This document shows positions 42,715 through 55,332 of a stretch of 64,000 bases of DNA, one piece after another. Within the stretch, counting starts at the first letter, position 1; each line of letters begins with the position of its first letter. The position numbers were made by a program, and so were the translations under genes. Source of the DNA: an uncultured Methanosarcinaceae archaeon (lineage in GTDB: Archaea; Halobacteriota; Methanosarcinia; Methanosarcinales; Methanosarcinaceae); assembly GCA_963727895.1 (NCBI GenBank), contig CAVSHT010000005.1, positions 160,001-224,000 of the forward strand, given 5' to 3'. The notes beneath the pieces were generated by a model that had not been told where the DNA came from, searched no databases, and was given only the letters and a program-made list of their open reading frames with translations.

Positions 42715-43980
42715 CTACTTTTCCATGTCTAGGAACCATTGTGTTATTCGTGCATTTGTTGCTTTTTTATTTTTTAGATTTTCGCTGAAGTCCCTACCCG
42801 ACCTCTTTTTTTCCTCTGCCACATCCCCCTCGGTTGTTGTTAGTATTTTTAAAACGTCATATTTTATCTCTTTCAATTCATTTCGTGTGACAATTTGATT
42901 TTCGAGTTCGGCACGTAAAATATCATTTTCACGTCTTATTTCCTGATACTCTTTACTTATTGAAATGTCTAAATCTTTCTGAATCGTTAAAAAAGGAACA
43001 AACTTTTTATATATCTCCTTTAATTTTTCAGGTTGTGCTTGGAAGTAGGCTTCCTGCGTCTGATCTAGTTTGTGCCCCATTAAAAACTCAGTAAAGAAAC
43101 TATCTGCACCTGCATTGAGCAGTGCTGAATTGAAGTATTTTCGGACAGCATGTGCCCCTATATAATTCCATTGATTCAATCCCGTGTTTTTCCCTGCTTT
43201 TTCTACAATTGATCTGTATACCTGATTAATTAAAGGGCTGGTTAGTTTTTGAATCTCTTCGTCTTTACTTGTCTCATACTTAGGTGACACTAACTGTTTA
43301 ATGAATAGGTAGCTATTTTCTGTAACTCTTTGTTTTCTGAGGGCAATCATTTTCTCTTTCTTACGAGTCTTAGGCTTTCTGTTTCTGTAATCAAGATACT
43401 CAAGAACCACTTTTGAAGCTTCAGGTGTGAAAAAAGTTATAAAGTCGACTCTCGTTTTAACTCTCCTTATGTGTAATGTTGTAATTCCTGTATCGGGGTC
43501 GTAACCGTTTTTAAAATCGGCTATTTTCAGATTACACAGTTCGATAGCTGAGAGTCCTGAACTGGCTCCCGCAAGCACTATTGCCTTTTCAATAGGCTCA
43601 CACATTTTTAAAATATCTTGCATATCTTCCTTACTAGGAACTCTTAAATTTTCTATCTTAGTATGCGGACGGCTGCCCCCTCTTTTCATTTTTGGAATTT
43701 CAATATCATAAAATTGATAGAAACTTTTAACACCTCCAAGTCTATTTTTAACAGTATACTCCGACATTCCGCTATCCTGTAGATGTTTTTTGAAACTGAT
43801 CAAATATCGCTTAATTGATCGCCTGCGCATCATCAGACCTGATTTAATTTCATCCTCAGCTTCCTCAATTAATTCTTCAGGCGTCTTACCATGCAAATAA
43901 GCATCAATTGTGTTTCCCCTGTCAAAATTATCCAGCCACTCTATTACTAAGGGATCTTTTCTCAAATCCTCTAACTTTAT
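42715..43980 (-). CDS. Tyrosine recombinase/integrase
   Basis: HAVRK…LMGH…AYF catalytic box, RRVKT, C-terminal coiled coil. Start uncertain (ATA 43980 or TTG 43965). Confidence 0.85.
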   Translation of the reverse strand: MKLEDLRKDPLVIEWLDNFDRGNTIDAYLHGKTPEELIEEAEDEIKSGLMMRRRSIKRYLISFKKHLQDSGMSEYTVKNRLGGVKSFYQFYDIEIPKMKRGGSRPHTKIENLRVPSKEDMQDILKMCEPIEKAIVLAGASSGLSAIELCNLKIADFKNGYDPDTGITTLHIRRVKTRVDFITFFTPEASKVVLEYLDYRNRKPKTRKKEKMIALRKQRVTENSYLFIKQLVSPKYETSKDEEIQKLTSPLINQVYRSIVEKAGKNTGLNQWNYIGAHAVRKYFNSALLNAGADSFFTEFLMGHKLDQTQEAYFQAQPEKLKEIYKKFVPFLTIQKDLDISISKEYQEIRRENDILRAELENQIVTRNELKEIKYDVLKILTTTEGDVAEEKKRSGRDFSENLKNKKATNARITQWFLDMEK

Positions 43981-44026
43981 TTAAAAATTTATTCTGTAAT
44001 GTGTATATGTTGGTCTAGTACTTAAA

Positions 44027-44363
44027 ATGCCAATAAGCATGTGTAATTTACAGGAAGACAGGGGAAACAATCTGGATTGCAGACAATTATTTTCATAAGA
44101 CCCGCAACAATCTGGATGAAAACCCGAGGGGTGCGATCTATGTATGGGGGCTGGAAATTAAAGGCTGCTACCATATAAAAGGAGACATAGAGATCAAAAC
44201 TGAAGGGGCAGACTACGAGAAGATGTATAAAATGGTCAAGAGTAGAGGAGACAGGTTCCCTGCAAAAGCTCTTGCCATTATGAAGATCAAAGAAGTTTAT
44301 GAATGCAAATCAGGAGCTGGAGCCGGAAAACATCTTCTTGAGATGTTATTAGAGGTTATATAA
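44027..44363 (+). pseudogene. Pyridoxamine 5'-phosphate oxidase-like FMN-binding protein, 5'-truncated and frameshifted
   Basis: ETIWIADNYFHKTRNNLDENP…CYHIKG…IKEVYECKSGAGAGK; frameshift near 44062. Confidence 0.7.
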
Positions 44364-44366
44364 AAG

Positions 44367-44496
44367 GAGCTCATCCCAAAACCAATTTTAGCCTCAGATC
44401 AATAAATTTTTAGAATTGTTTTTCGTGATCTGAGACTCGATTGGTTATCCGGAATATAGGATTCAGATAAGCAATATTGAGTTTTGGGATAGGCTC
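44367..44496. mobile_element. IS5-type MITE family F copy
   Basis: GAGCTCATCCCAAAA…TTTTGGGATAGGCTC; inverted homologue of 26366-26495. Confidence 0.8.
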
Positions 44497-44694
44497 AAGG
44501 TCTCAATTTTATCTCATACAACATATAAATAATTATGACAACCTCTCTTTTTTAGTAAAATAATTACAAAAAATAACAGATTGCTATTTTTAATAGTCTT
44601 ATTATAAGTACAGATTTGTCTTTTTTTCAAAGTTTCTGCTATTAAAAAATAAAGCGTGTAAACAAAAAAAATTATATAAACAATAAAGTAACGT

Positions 44695-46300
44695 TTAATT
44701 ATGACAGCACAACCCTATTCTTGAACCCACAAGCCTTTTTGTATACTCATCAGAAGGTGAGAGCATCACATCGTGAGAATTTTCCGTCTCTACAATCTTT
44801 CCATAATTCATAACGGCTATCCTGTCAGCAATCTTCAGTGTCAGGGAGAGATCATGTGAAATATATATCATTGCAAACCCTCTCCTGTTCTGAAGGCCCT
44901 TTAAAAGACGCAATATATTTGCAGAGGTTGAAACATCCAGAGCCGAAGTTATCTCATCGGCAATAAGGAGTTTTGGCTCCATAACCATTGCTCTTGCAAG
45001 TGCAACCCTCTGCCTCAGCCCACCGCTGAGTTCACCACAATATTTGCTGAGGAAATTGTTAGTACTGGGAAGATGAACAAGTTCAAGGGCACTTTTAACC
45101 ATTTGCAGTCTATCTCCATTGGAACCTATCTTATTGATATAAAGAGGCTTCTTTGACTGCATCAATAACGGTAAACCTATTGCTGGTTGAACTGAACGGG
45201 TCTTGGAGTACTATCTGAATGCCATTGAGCCTGCTTCCGTAGTTTCCCTTGCCAACACTCCCACCCATAAACAGTACATCTCCGCGCTCGGGCCTTATCA
45301 CATTTGCAAGGATATGGGCAAGGGTTGACTTTCCCGAACCGATCTGGCCTACAATTGCAAGAACCTCTCCTTCCATCACTTCCAGATTAACATTATCAAC
45401 TGCCTGAGGATATCTTCTATTAGGCAGACAATATCAAAACTCAGGTTTCTGGCTTCCAGAACGTCTGCTATGCCACCTCTATGGCATGCAATTTTCCTTC
45501 CATTTCCTATCGGCATCAGTACCGGAAAACTTTACTGCAGATATCTATTTTTTGAGTACATCTCGGGCTGAAAGGACAGCCTTTAAATTCATTCTCAGCA
45601 GGTAAATCTCCGGGAATTCCCCATAAATCTTTATAAACGAAATATCCGGGGTCGAGTGGACAAGTCCCCTTGTATAAGGATGACGAGGAGATACGAGAAT
45701 ATCCCTTACAGGTCCTGTTTCAACAGTTATTCCTGAATACATAACAGCAATCCTGGATGCCACAGAAGATACAAAAGTGATATCATGAGAGATCATTAAC
45801 ATCGTATACCCGTTCTTCTTTTGAAGGTCGACCAGAAGGTCCCTGATTTCCTTTCGGGTAAATGCATCAAGGGCAGAAGTAATTTCATCGAGAATCAGTA
45901 ATTTCGGGTCGCATGAAAGAGCCATTGCCAGAAGAAACCTCTGCCTCATACCTCCAGAAAGCTGATGCGGATATGAATCCATCCATTTGGGATCAAGGCC
46001 AACCGTCCTGAACAGATTCACATATTTACTCTGTGCTTTCTCGGGGCTTATATCAAGGTGCTTTATCATCGGTTCTCTTACCTGAACGCCCACTTTCATA
46101 ACAGGGTTCAGCACGTCAAGACTGTTCTGAAAAACTATTGCAATATCCTTCCATCTTAATTTGTCCATTTCAGGTTCAGGCAAAGAAGAAATCAGCTCAT
46201 CCCTGTAAAAAATCTCACCGGAAATAGATGTATTTTCTGGCAAAAGCCCCATAATCCCGAGAGCAACAGTGGTCTTGCCACTTCCTGATTCTCCAACAAT
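44695..46300 (-). pseudogene. Two-domain peptide/nickel ABC ATPase (DppD/F-like), frameshifted and 5'-truncated
   Basis: Three ORF pieces carrying GESGSGKT, YPHQLSGGMRQR, GSGKST and ELSGGLRQR. No permease genes adjacent. Confidence 0.85.
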
Positions 46301-46624
46301 AATGAATAAAGAAATTAACAACGCGTGGAAAGTATTACTTTATAATATATAAGTATTATTTAATATACTCAAAATAAAAATACTTTATTAAGTAAACTTT
46401 GAAAAAAAGAATCTCTAATTCGGCAACAAATCCCAAAATAAAGTTACGTTGTTCAAAATATAGTTCTTGCCAAAAAGAATTACTTTACACTAAACTTTCA
46501 TCCAGAATTTAAGTCCATTTATCAGGATTTATAAAAGAGACTAATGAAAAATAAATACGGCAATAAGTAACAATAAAAAACTGTAATAGATAGTAAAATA
46601 GAAAATCGGATCAAAAAATAAACA

Positions 46625-46660
46625 AAAAAAAAGTTAAAGCCCGCCCGCAGGCGGAAACTT
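46625..46660 (-). terminator. Terminator after rps6e
   Basis: CCGCC-TGCG-GGCGG hairpin followed by a T-tract on the minus strand. Confidence 0.6.
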
Positions 46661-46665
46661 GAAAT

Positions 46666-47073
46666 TTACTCTGCAGGAGCTTCTTCTGTGGTTTCGAGAC
46701 CAAGAAGGGCTTTTATAGATTTGCTTCCGTATTCCACGATTTTGGCATTGACCTGAACGATATCAAAAGCAATTTCCTTTCCGCGAATCATCTTTCTTCT
46801 GCGCTGTCCAGGATGTTTTGGGACATAGCCTACGCCTACTGCCATCAGAACTCTCTGTCTTCTGTGGCCTGGAAGGTCTGGTTTCATAACAAAACCACTG
46901 CCGTCACAGCCACCAGTAATCTGGACTTTATATCCAGACAGTCCGAAAATTGCACCATCGACAACCTCGCCAATTGATTTTCCAATTAGTGCATTTGCCT
47001 CTGCGTCTTTTACATCGATCTGGTAAGCGCGTCCTTCCTTTGTATCAGAAACTACAACTTTGAAATTAGCCAT
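46666..47073 (-). CDS. rps6e: 30S ribosomal protein S6e
   Basis: [12 protein letters not shown] and RRRKMIRG motifs. Confidence 0.96.
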   Translation of the reverse strand: MANFKVVVSDTKEGRAYQIDVKDAEANALIGKSIGEVVDGAIFGLSGYKVQITGGCDGSGFVMKPDLPGHRRQRVLMAVGVGYVPKHPGQRRRKMIRGKEIAFDIVQVNAKIVEYGSKSIKALLGLETTEEAPAE

Positions 47074-47211
47074 GTGAAATCCTCCAATATCAGATTAATT
47101 TAAATAATTACTTTGCTTTTCCGTCCAACCTTTACTCGGATTTTCTGAATTTTTTACCTGAACCTCAGTGAATCCTTAAAATAATTCTGAACACAATTGC
47201 ACTTAAAAGCG

Positions 47212-48987
47212 TTATTTTGCCCAGAACGGATTACCTTTTCTTTTCAGGGAAAGGAAAATATCAAGAGTTTCCTTTTCATCGGTTGAAAGGGAATCATATA
47301 TTTCATGCTCAAGAACTTTGGCGTGCCTTTCAGGCACATTGATATAGAGCACATCTTCTTCTTTGATTTGCCTGCCGACGGTTGCACCTTCAATTGCCAT
47401 TGCAACCTCTTTACCTACTCTGGCAGATGCAATATTTTCTCCTTCGATCTGAAGGCCCTTGATTTTGCCTACAACGTTACCGTTTTCAAGCATAACATCT
47501 GCGTTTGTCCTAACGACTCCACCAAGCACTCTTACGCCGACAACTGCAGGCTTGCTCTGGCGGAAAACACAGCCAGGAAGAATCTTGAATTTACCAGGAC
47601 GAATAATCGTTTCGAAAATTTTTTGTTCAGCCTTTTCTTGCTGCTCTTTTACATATTTCTGGTAATCTTCAACAAGGCGATAGATCACATCACTTGTGAA
47701 TAACTTAACATTACTTTCTTGCAGGAAATCTCTTGCGTCAGGATGAACTTTAACGTTGAAACCTATAAGTACAGAGTAAAGAGGGTCTTCGACAGTTGAA
47801 GCTTCAACTGCATCTCTGTGGGAGATATCTCCTACTTCGGCTTTTCTTATAGGAATCTCATCTTTCTGGAACTCATGGACAAGAGCTTCAAGGGAACCTA
47901 GAGTATCAGCTTTAATCATGATTCCGACTGAACCGGTATCAATTCTGACTTCATCAATCTCAGATTTTACCTGAGATACAATTTCGTCAATGGTTTCTTC
48001 AGTAGCAACCCTGATAGGAGAGCCTGCAAGAGCACTTTCTAGACCAGGAGCTGAAATCTTTACACCAACTGCAGCTGTAACTTTATTTACCTGCTTGAAC
48101 TTGCTTTCATAGCGAATCTCAGAAAGCTCTCTAGGTTTCAAAAGAGCCCGTACTTTCGTCTGTATAGGTTCTCCCAGACTTCCTATAACAACAGTATCGC
48201 CTTTTTTCAAAGTACCGTCGTAGAGAATAATATCAAGAGTTGCACCAAGACCTTTTTCTTCCTTTACCTCAAGCACAGTACCTACTCCAGGTCCTTTGGC
48301 ACTATACTGCAGGTTTGCTTCAAGGAATTTCTGGGCAAGGCCAAGGAGCACCATCAGGACGTCAGGAATTCCTTCACCTGTAAAAGCACTTACAGGTACG
48401 ACACCCAGGGTTTTCTGGAAGTTTGTAACCCTATCGTAACGCTCTGCTGCAAAACCCTGGTTATATAATTCTCCTATTACCTCGTAGAGCTTTGTCTCAA
48501 GCCTGGACTGGACATCCTCTGACTGTTTTTTGAAAGTAGCTGCAAAAGGCAAGTCTTTTTGTGAAACCCAACCATTAATCCTGTCAATCTTATTGGCAAC
48601 AACAACAAAAGGAGTTTTAAACCGCTTTAAGATCTGCAGGCTTTCATATGTCTGAGGCTTGAAGCCTTCATTTATGTCAACCACAACAATTGCAAGATCG
48701 GCAAGGGCACCTCCCCTGCTTCTTAAAGTTGTAAAGGCATGATGCCCAGGCGTGTCAATAAAGAGCAGTCCTGGAACTAGGAATCTTTCTTTAAGCCTAG
48801 GGTCTCCAAGTTTGTTAATAATAACATCTATTGGGACTTCGGTTGCCCCTATATGCTGGGTGATGGCTCCGGCTTCTCCACTGACAATTGCAGTACCCCT
48901 GATCTTGTCCAGCAGAGTTGTTTTCCCGTGGTCAACGTGCCCCATCACGCAGACTATCGGAGTTCGTAAATTTTTCTTGTCGGCCAT
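47212..48987 (-). CDS. infB: Translation initiation factor aIF5B (IF-2)
   Basis: GHVDHGKT, DTPGH, NKID; no intein. Confidence 0.97.
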   Translation of the reverse strand: MADKKNLRTPIVCVMGHVDHGKTTLLDKIRGTAIVSGEAGAITQHIGATEVPIDVIINKLGDPRLKERFLVPGLLFIDTPGHHAFTTLRSRGGALADLAIVVVDINEGFKPQTYESLQILKRFKTPFVVVANKIDRINGWVSQKDLPFAATFKKQSEDVQSRLETKLYEVIGELYNQGFAAERYDRVTNFQKTLGVVPVSAFTGEGIPDVLMVLLGLAQKFLEANLQYSAKGPGVGTVLEVKEEKGLGATLDIILYDGTLKKGDTVVIGSLGEPIQTKVRALLKPRELSEIRYESKFKQVNKVTAAVGVKISAPGLESALAGSPIRVATEETIDEIVSQVKSEIDEVRIDTGSVGIMIKADTLGSLEALVHEFQKDEIPIRKAEVGDISHRDAVEASTVEDPLYSVLIGFNVKVHPDARDFLQESNVKLFTSDVIYRLVEDYQKYVKEQQEKAEQKIFETIIRPGKFKILPGCVFRQSKPAVVGVRVLGGVVRTNADVMLENGNVVGKIKGLQIEGENIASARVGKEVAMAIEGATVGRQIKEEDVLYINVPERHAKVLEHEIYDSLSTDEKETLDIFLSLKRKGNPFWAK

Positions 48988-49142
48988 ATGCAAAACCTCT
49001 CTCATTCCTGCGTTTTAATTTGCTGCAGGTCCAGAAGGGTCCTGGTTTTACCCTGACGGACCCATATTGCAGGTACCGGTAACAAGCCTTAATTCATGTC
49101 CTGAAACTTCATAAACAAGAAAAAGGCTTTGATGTACCTGTT

Positions 49143-49592
49143 TTACTCGTACAGACAGACCTCATCGATTCTGGAATATTTCCCGATTTCGGAGTCCTTA
49201 AAGTGAATTGCAATTTCCCTTGCTGCAGCTTCTGAAGAGTCTGATGCATGAACTATATTTCTGCCTACATCCAGAGCAAAATCGCCTCGAATTGTGCCGG
49301 GTGCTGCATCCACAGGATTTGTAGCTCCATTTATAGTTCTCATTGCCTTAATTGAATCTTTTCCAGCAACTACCATTGAAACTGAAGGGCCAGAAGTGAT
49401 AAAGTCGACAAGAGATGAAAAGAAAGGCTTGGATGCATGTTCACTGTAGTGTTCTTTTGCAGTGGCTTTACTGATAACATTCATCCTGAGAGCAACAATT
49501 TTCAGTCCCCGCTTCTCAATTCTGGAAATTATCTCTCCTACAAGCCCACGCTGGACTCCGTCAGGCTTTACCATAACGTATGTCTGTTCCAT
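49143..49592 (-). CDS. ndk: Nucleoside diphosphate kinase
   Basis: [25 protein letters not shown]. Confidence 0.97.
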   Translation of the reverse strand: MEQTYVMVKPDGVQRGLVGEIISRIEKRGLKIVALRMNVISKATAKEHYSEHASKPFFSSLVDFITSGPSVSMVVAGKDSIKAMRTINGATNPVDAAPGTIRGDFALDVGRNIVHASDSSEAAAREIAIHFKDSEIGKYSRIDEVCLYE

Positions 49593-49636
49593 ATTCACAC
49601 CTTAATAATTCAAACAAGTAAACTGACAACTCTATT

Positions 49637-50077
<441 letters not shown>

Positions 50078-50086
50078 TTATCAGGA

Positions 50087-50449
<363 letters not shown>

Positions 50450-50503
50450 TTAATATTCTCCTTCGAAATTGCGATTAACGCAATTTTTCATCAATCATAG
50501 GTT
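50450..50503 (-). promoter_or_regulatory. Possible kink-turn autoregulatory element in the rpl7ae 5' UTR
   Basis: TGATGA-A-AAATTGCG/CGCAATTT-CGA-AGGAG: a stem flanked by tandem GA, next to the RBS. Confidence 0.4.
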
Positions 50504-50789
50504 TTTAACACATATCTGTCAACATTGAGATCCAGATTCTTAAAATCAAAACCTGAGTCGTTTCAATGCGAAGAGTAAATGAATTGAAATATAGATACTG
50601 CTAACTAAATGCCGCAGATCGAACCTTAGAAGTACATGATCATCTATAAACTTTCTGCTTGAAAACGCAAGTCATAAACGAAAATCAGAATAAAATAATA
50701 ATTAACTCATATATATAAGGCTATTTTCATTTCCTGATAATCATGAATAATACGTCATGGTTATAAGGAATGTAAGAAATTTTGATCGC

Positions 50790-51404
50790 ATGGACACAAT
50801 TTACTACGAAGCTCACAACAATCTCTATCTTAACCTTACAAATCGCTGCAGTGCAGACTGTGTATTTTGCATTCGTAATTTTGCAGATGGGGTTTATGGA
50901 TATGACTTAAGGCTTTCAAAAGAACCGACAACTGAAGAGATTCTCGGAGCTTTGGAAGGAATAGACCTCAAAAAGTACAAAGAAATCGTATTCACAGGTC
51001 TTGGAGAACCCACTCTCAGGTTAGATGTTGTACTTTCAGTAACTTGCTGGTTAAAAAACCGGAATATGCGAGTCAGAATTGATACAAACGGACAGGCACC
51101 CCTGATAAACCCTGGAAGAGATGTGATTTCTGAATTAAAGGCCGTAGAAATTGATGCCGTTTCTGTAAGCTTGAATGCCGAGTCGGAAGAAAAATATAAT
51201 AAACTCTGTAGACCAATTCATAAAAATACTTACAATGCAGTACTTGATTTTATAAGGGGAGCAAGAAAAGCAGGAATCAATACAAGGGTTACAGTAGTTA
51301 ATGTGCCAGAAATAGATCTGGAAAAGTGTAAAAAGCTTGCAGAGGAGCTTGATTCTGATTTTCACATAAGAGCTTTGTCGGAAGCTGCAAGCAAAGAGAT
51401 TTGA
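50790..51404 (+). CDS. TatD-associated radical SAM protein
   Basis: LYLNLTNRCSADCVFC (CxxxCxxC), GLGEPT, DTNG. Confidence 0.88.
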   Translation: MDTIYYEAHNNLYLNLTNRCSADCVFCIRNFADGVYGYDLRLSKEPTTEEILGALEGIDLKKYKEIVFTGLGEPTLRLDVVLSVTCWLKNRNMRVRIDTNGQAPLINPGRDVISELKAVEIDAVSVSLNAESEEKYNKLCRPIHKNTYNAVLDFIRGARKAGINTRVTVVNVPEIDLEKCKKLAEELDSDFHIRALSEAASKEI

Positions 51405-52061
51405 AAACTGTTACTTTGGATTTAAGATTGGAAAGATTCAATGTATAAGGTAAAGACGTTTTCATTCATTTCAAGTTTGCTTACCTATTCATCCGGATGG
51501 TTCTTAGAAATCCCACTCAATGAGTGCTCTCCAAAGCGAGTATGGCAATAACTGAACTTATTTAACTGAAGATTATATTTAGAGCCTATCCAAAAAGTAA
51601 TATTATGCTGAAAATTATAAATTTCCTTTTATGTCCTTTCGTGAAAAATCGATGACGTTCTATGGAAATCCATAGAACTTTATCTTCCCCCTCAGAAACC
51701 GAATACACGAAGGCTGCATACAAATATGAGGAAGTTAATGAACGGTATTTTGTACATTGTTATACATGCTAGAAAACTCATTAACTATTTTCTTAGCCCC
51801 AGGACCCCTTTGATCTCAAGTTATAGTTTTTAGGTTTAATGAAATATTTTTTATCCATTATGTTATTCAACCATGTTGATTACAGCCATATCTACAAAAA
51901 ACCTGAAAGGCTCCTGTAAATAAGAGGCAAAACTGTTTTGCTAGGGTTCAGTTCATGTAAAAACCCTAACATCTTACTTCTCTTAATAACTCTCCTGTAA
52001 GCTTCCCCTACCCAAGTTATCCTTTTTTCAAAAATATTCTCCCCCCGAATGCATTTCAGAG

Positions 52062-54052
52062 TTATTCTTCCTTTGCTAGTTTATACAATTCCTGAATTCT
52101 TAACTCGACGATATCCATCGCGTCTTCAAAGAGCCGCCTATCAATTTTGATCCCGAAGTATTCCTTTAATTTTTCTTCAGGAGGCATTATTGAGCCTGCC
52201 GATAGATAAGCGATGTATTTTTTATTGAAAGTTTTAGGGTCTTCTCTTTACTGTTTGAAGAGAGCTAGAGTTATTGCTTTTGAAACCGCGTAATTGAAGG
52301 TATAGTAATTACTTGTCAGGTAAATATGGTTAATATAAGTCCATTCTGCAGAATCTTCAGGATAGTACTCAACTGAGCTACTCCTGTATTCTTTAGAAAT
52401 GTCTGTCCATATAGCATTAAGTTCCGCCCCGCTTACCGTTTCTTTTTCTGCACAGAGCCTGTGTGCCTTATATTCAAATTCTGTAATCAAAGGCTGTCTT
52501 GTAAAGAAGTTCTGGTAGTCATCAATCTACTGGGATAGAACGGCAACTGCGGTGTCCTTATCCGAATTTTCGACAATGTGATCAACAAAGAGCTCTTCAT
52601 TGAAAGTGGAAGGAATTTCCATTTCGTAAATCGTACCTGTGCAGTAAAAATAGTCAACTGAATTACCCATCAGATCGAAATTAATTGCATGTCCCATCTT
52701 ATGGGTTAAAGTTTGCTGGTCCCTGATACGGCCGTCATAGTTCATGAAGATCAGAGGTGGAGCTTTCAGAGCACAGGAATCAGTACAATAGCTCCCTGGT
52801 TGTTTTCCATGATCAGGGTCAGGGTATACGTCTATGAAACCGCCAGTTACCATTTTTAAAAAGATTTTTTTGAAATTGGGATCCATTTTGGAATAGGATT
52901 TCTGAATTTCTCTCAAAGCTTCTAAGTAAGCGTATTTCTTGCCAGGCTGGTTCGTCAGCTGCAGCATAAGGTCATACGGTTTAAGGACATCAAGCCCGAG
53001 TTTATTTTTTCGAAACTCATTGTACGCCTCAAAAACATCTTTTTTCTGCTTGAAAACGGTATTCATGTCATCAATCTGAGAATGAGTCAGATAGAGGTTA
53101 TAAAGGCTACAGTCATAGAAATCAGTGTAGTTCAACTCTTTTGCAACAAGGTCGTCAATCTGCGCTTTTTTGAAATAAAGAGATGCCATAGAATCAGATT
53201 CATTAATCAGGTGGTAAAACCTCTTATCATAACATTTTTTCCTGTTTTCTCGGCTCGTATCTGTTGATAATAAAGCACTATAGGACTGAGAGTTAACGGA
53301 AAATTTCTTTCCATTCTCAAGAGTTATCTCTCCTGCCTTTGTGACTTTATTCGTAATTTCGGAAAGCGCTTCAGTCTCCAGTTTCATACGCTGGTTTTCA
53401 AGATCTGCAATATACGCAGCCTGAGATTCATTCTTTGGCCTATGTTTTACAAACCTCATATAGTTAGCTTCAAGATAAGCCCTGTAAGCTTCAAGTTTGG
53501 GTTCTTCGGAAGAGAGTCGATTCCACTCTTCCTTATTAAATGAAGTCAATTTTACGGTTGCAAAGGCTTGAGATTTCTTATACTCGGTAAGTAAGTCTTG
53601 AACACTTCCAAGCAGAGAATTAAGGAACGATTCATTTACATTTTTACTGAGCTGAGTATATGCGTAAGTATACAGAATATCAATATATTTTGAAAACTCC
53701 TTTTCAGTATCCAGATAATCTAATAAAGTAGATCCCGACAAATTTTCAAATTTTGCCCGAAAAGTTTTATTTATCTCTTTAGGTCCTTTTTTAATCTCTC
53801 AAGTTCTTTTGAAGCATCTTCCCTACTTCTGAAGAGATATGAATCATCCCGTTTCGTCGGAATTTTACTGGCATCAAGTGCTTCGAAAGTATATTCCTCG
53901 CCTGTGCATTTGTCCGTATGTTCAGATGATTTTTCCATATTTTTAGAAACTCCACCGTCTGGGAAAAATGCAAGAGACATTAATGCTCCGAGAGCGAGAG
54001 GCCCTTTAAATAGTTCTGAGGCTATTAGCCCTTTAACTGATTTCAACTTCAT
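52062..54052 (-). pseudogene. pepF: Oligoendopeptidase F (M3B) pseudogene
   Basis: Frameshift near 53780, TAG 52527, TAA 52248. The HExxH motif is altered to HKMGH; EIPSTFNE is retained. Confidence 0.85.
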
Positions 54053-54492
54053 AAGACCACTATCTCCTGATATAATTTCAAAATATCCATTCATTAATTT
54101 CCTTCTATTATCTTTGACTAACGAGTCTTATTGATTTAGTTGAATTGATACAAAATTTAATACATTTCATATAAGTTACTTACAAGTATAGTAACAGGTT
54201 GTCTTATGTTAGTATACGATGTATAGTGATATATTCTGTGATAGGTTCTCCATATATTGGTCATAGCTTTTTTACTTCAAAGTTCTCTCAGTAACTGAGA
54301 CAATTGAATTCTTTATTATAAAATTTGACAACAATAAGATACCAATAAAAATCGAAATAAAACAGTAAAAAATCAAAAAATATTTGAGTAAGACCTCTTT
54401 TTGTGTAAAAAGTTACTCAAGCTAAAACTCTTTCGTCGTAATTAATTACACTCTCGATTTCTTTTTCTGGCACTGGCACTGGCACTAATTCA

Positions 54493-55332
54493 TCAGGAAC
54501 CTTTTTTTGCATCATTCTGAATGTGGACTATGCGTTGCGGTAAAGGAATCTCTATTCCATTTTTTTCCAGTGTCTGTTTTATATCCCATAGAATTCTGGT
54601 TTTTATTCCAAACCACTCGTTAACAGGTGCCCAGATTCTAACAGCAATATTTACTGAACTGTCCCCAAGGTCGTTTACAAAAACCGAAGGAGATGGATTC
54701 AGAAGAGCAAAGGGTTCTTTGTCGATAAGATCTTTGATAAGAAAGATTGCGGCATTGGCATCATCACTGTAACGAATCCTGATTGTATATTCAAATCTTC
54801 TAACCGGATGTCCTACAATGTTTGTGATGTTTGTTGTAAATACCTGCTGGTTAGGGATGCGAACAAGGAGCCCTTCATAGGTCCTTATGAGTGTAGAAAT
54901 TATTCTTATATCTATAACGTAACCCGATACATCATTGATTTGAACCTGGTCTCCTATTTTTATGGGCCTTTCAGCCATCAAGAAAACACCTGATACTAGA
55001 TTTCCTACAATATTCTGGCTTGCAAAACCAAGAACAATACCTGCAACCCCTCCTGCCAGCAGCAATCCTGAAGGATTAATTCCTATTAGAGGTAAATTAG
55101 AAAAAAATACAATAGTAAGTATACTATAGTAAAGAATTTTAATTATCGTCTCACGAGCATCCTTACTGACCCTATCTTTTAAAGACCTGCGCAGATAAAG
55201 CGAGAGAATTTTGGCAAGCAGGGTTGAAATAGAGAGAATAAGTATGAATTTTAGTACAGAGCCCAGCGTTACGCCCTCTGAAATCGGAAGGCTGGTTTCA
55301 AGAAAAGTGAGGTCTGTAGTCAAAATCCCCAC
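54493..55332 (-). CDS. mscS: Small-conductance mechanosensitive channel
   Basis: LGFASQNIVGNLVSG, PIKIGD, RIPN, GIEIP. Confidence 0.9.
   Translation of the reverse strand: MGILTTDLTFLETSLPISEGVTLGSVLKFILILSISTLLAKILSLYLRRSLKDRVSKDARETIIKILYYSILTIVFFSNLPLIGINPSGLLLAGGVAGIVLGFASQNIVGNLVSGVFLMAERPIKIGDQVQINDVSGYVIDIRIISTLIRTYEGLLVRIPNQQVFTTNITNIVGHPVRRFEYTIRIRYSDDANAAIFLIKDLIDKEPFALLNPSPSVFVNDLGDSSVNIAVRIWAPVNEWFGIKTRILWDIKQTLEKNGIEIPLPQRIVHIQNDAKKGS

Noticed and set aside
52062..54052. Amber recoding in pepF (TAG 52527)
   Set aside because: The gene also has a frameshift, a TAA, and a lost catalytic Glu (HKMGH).
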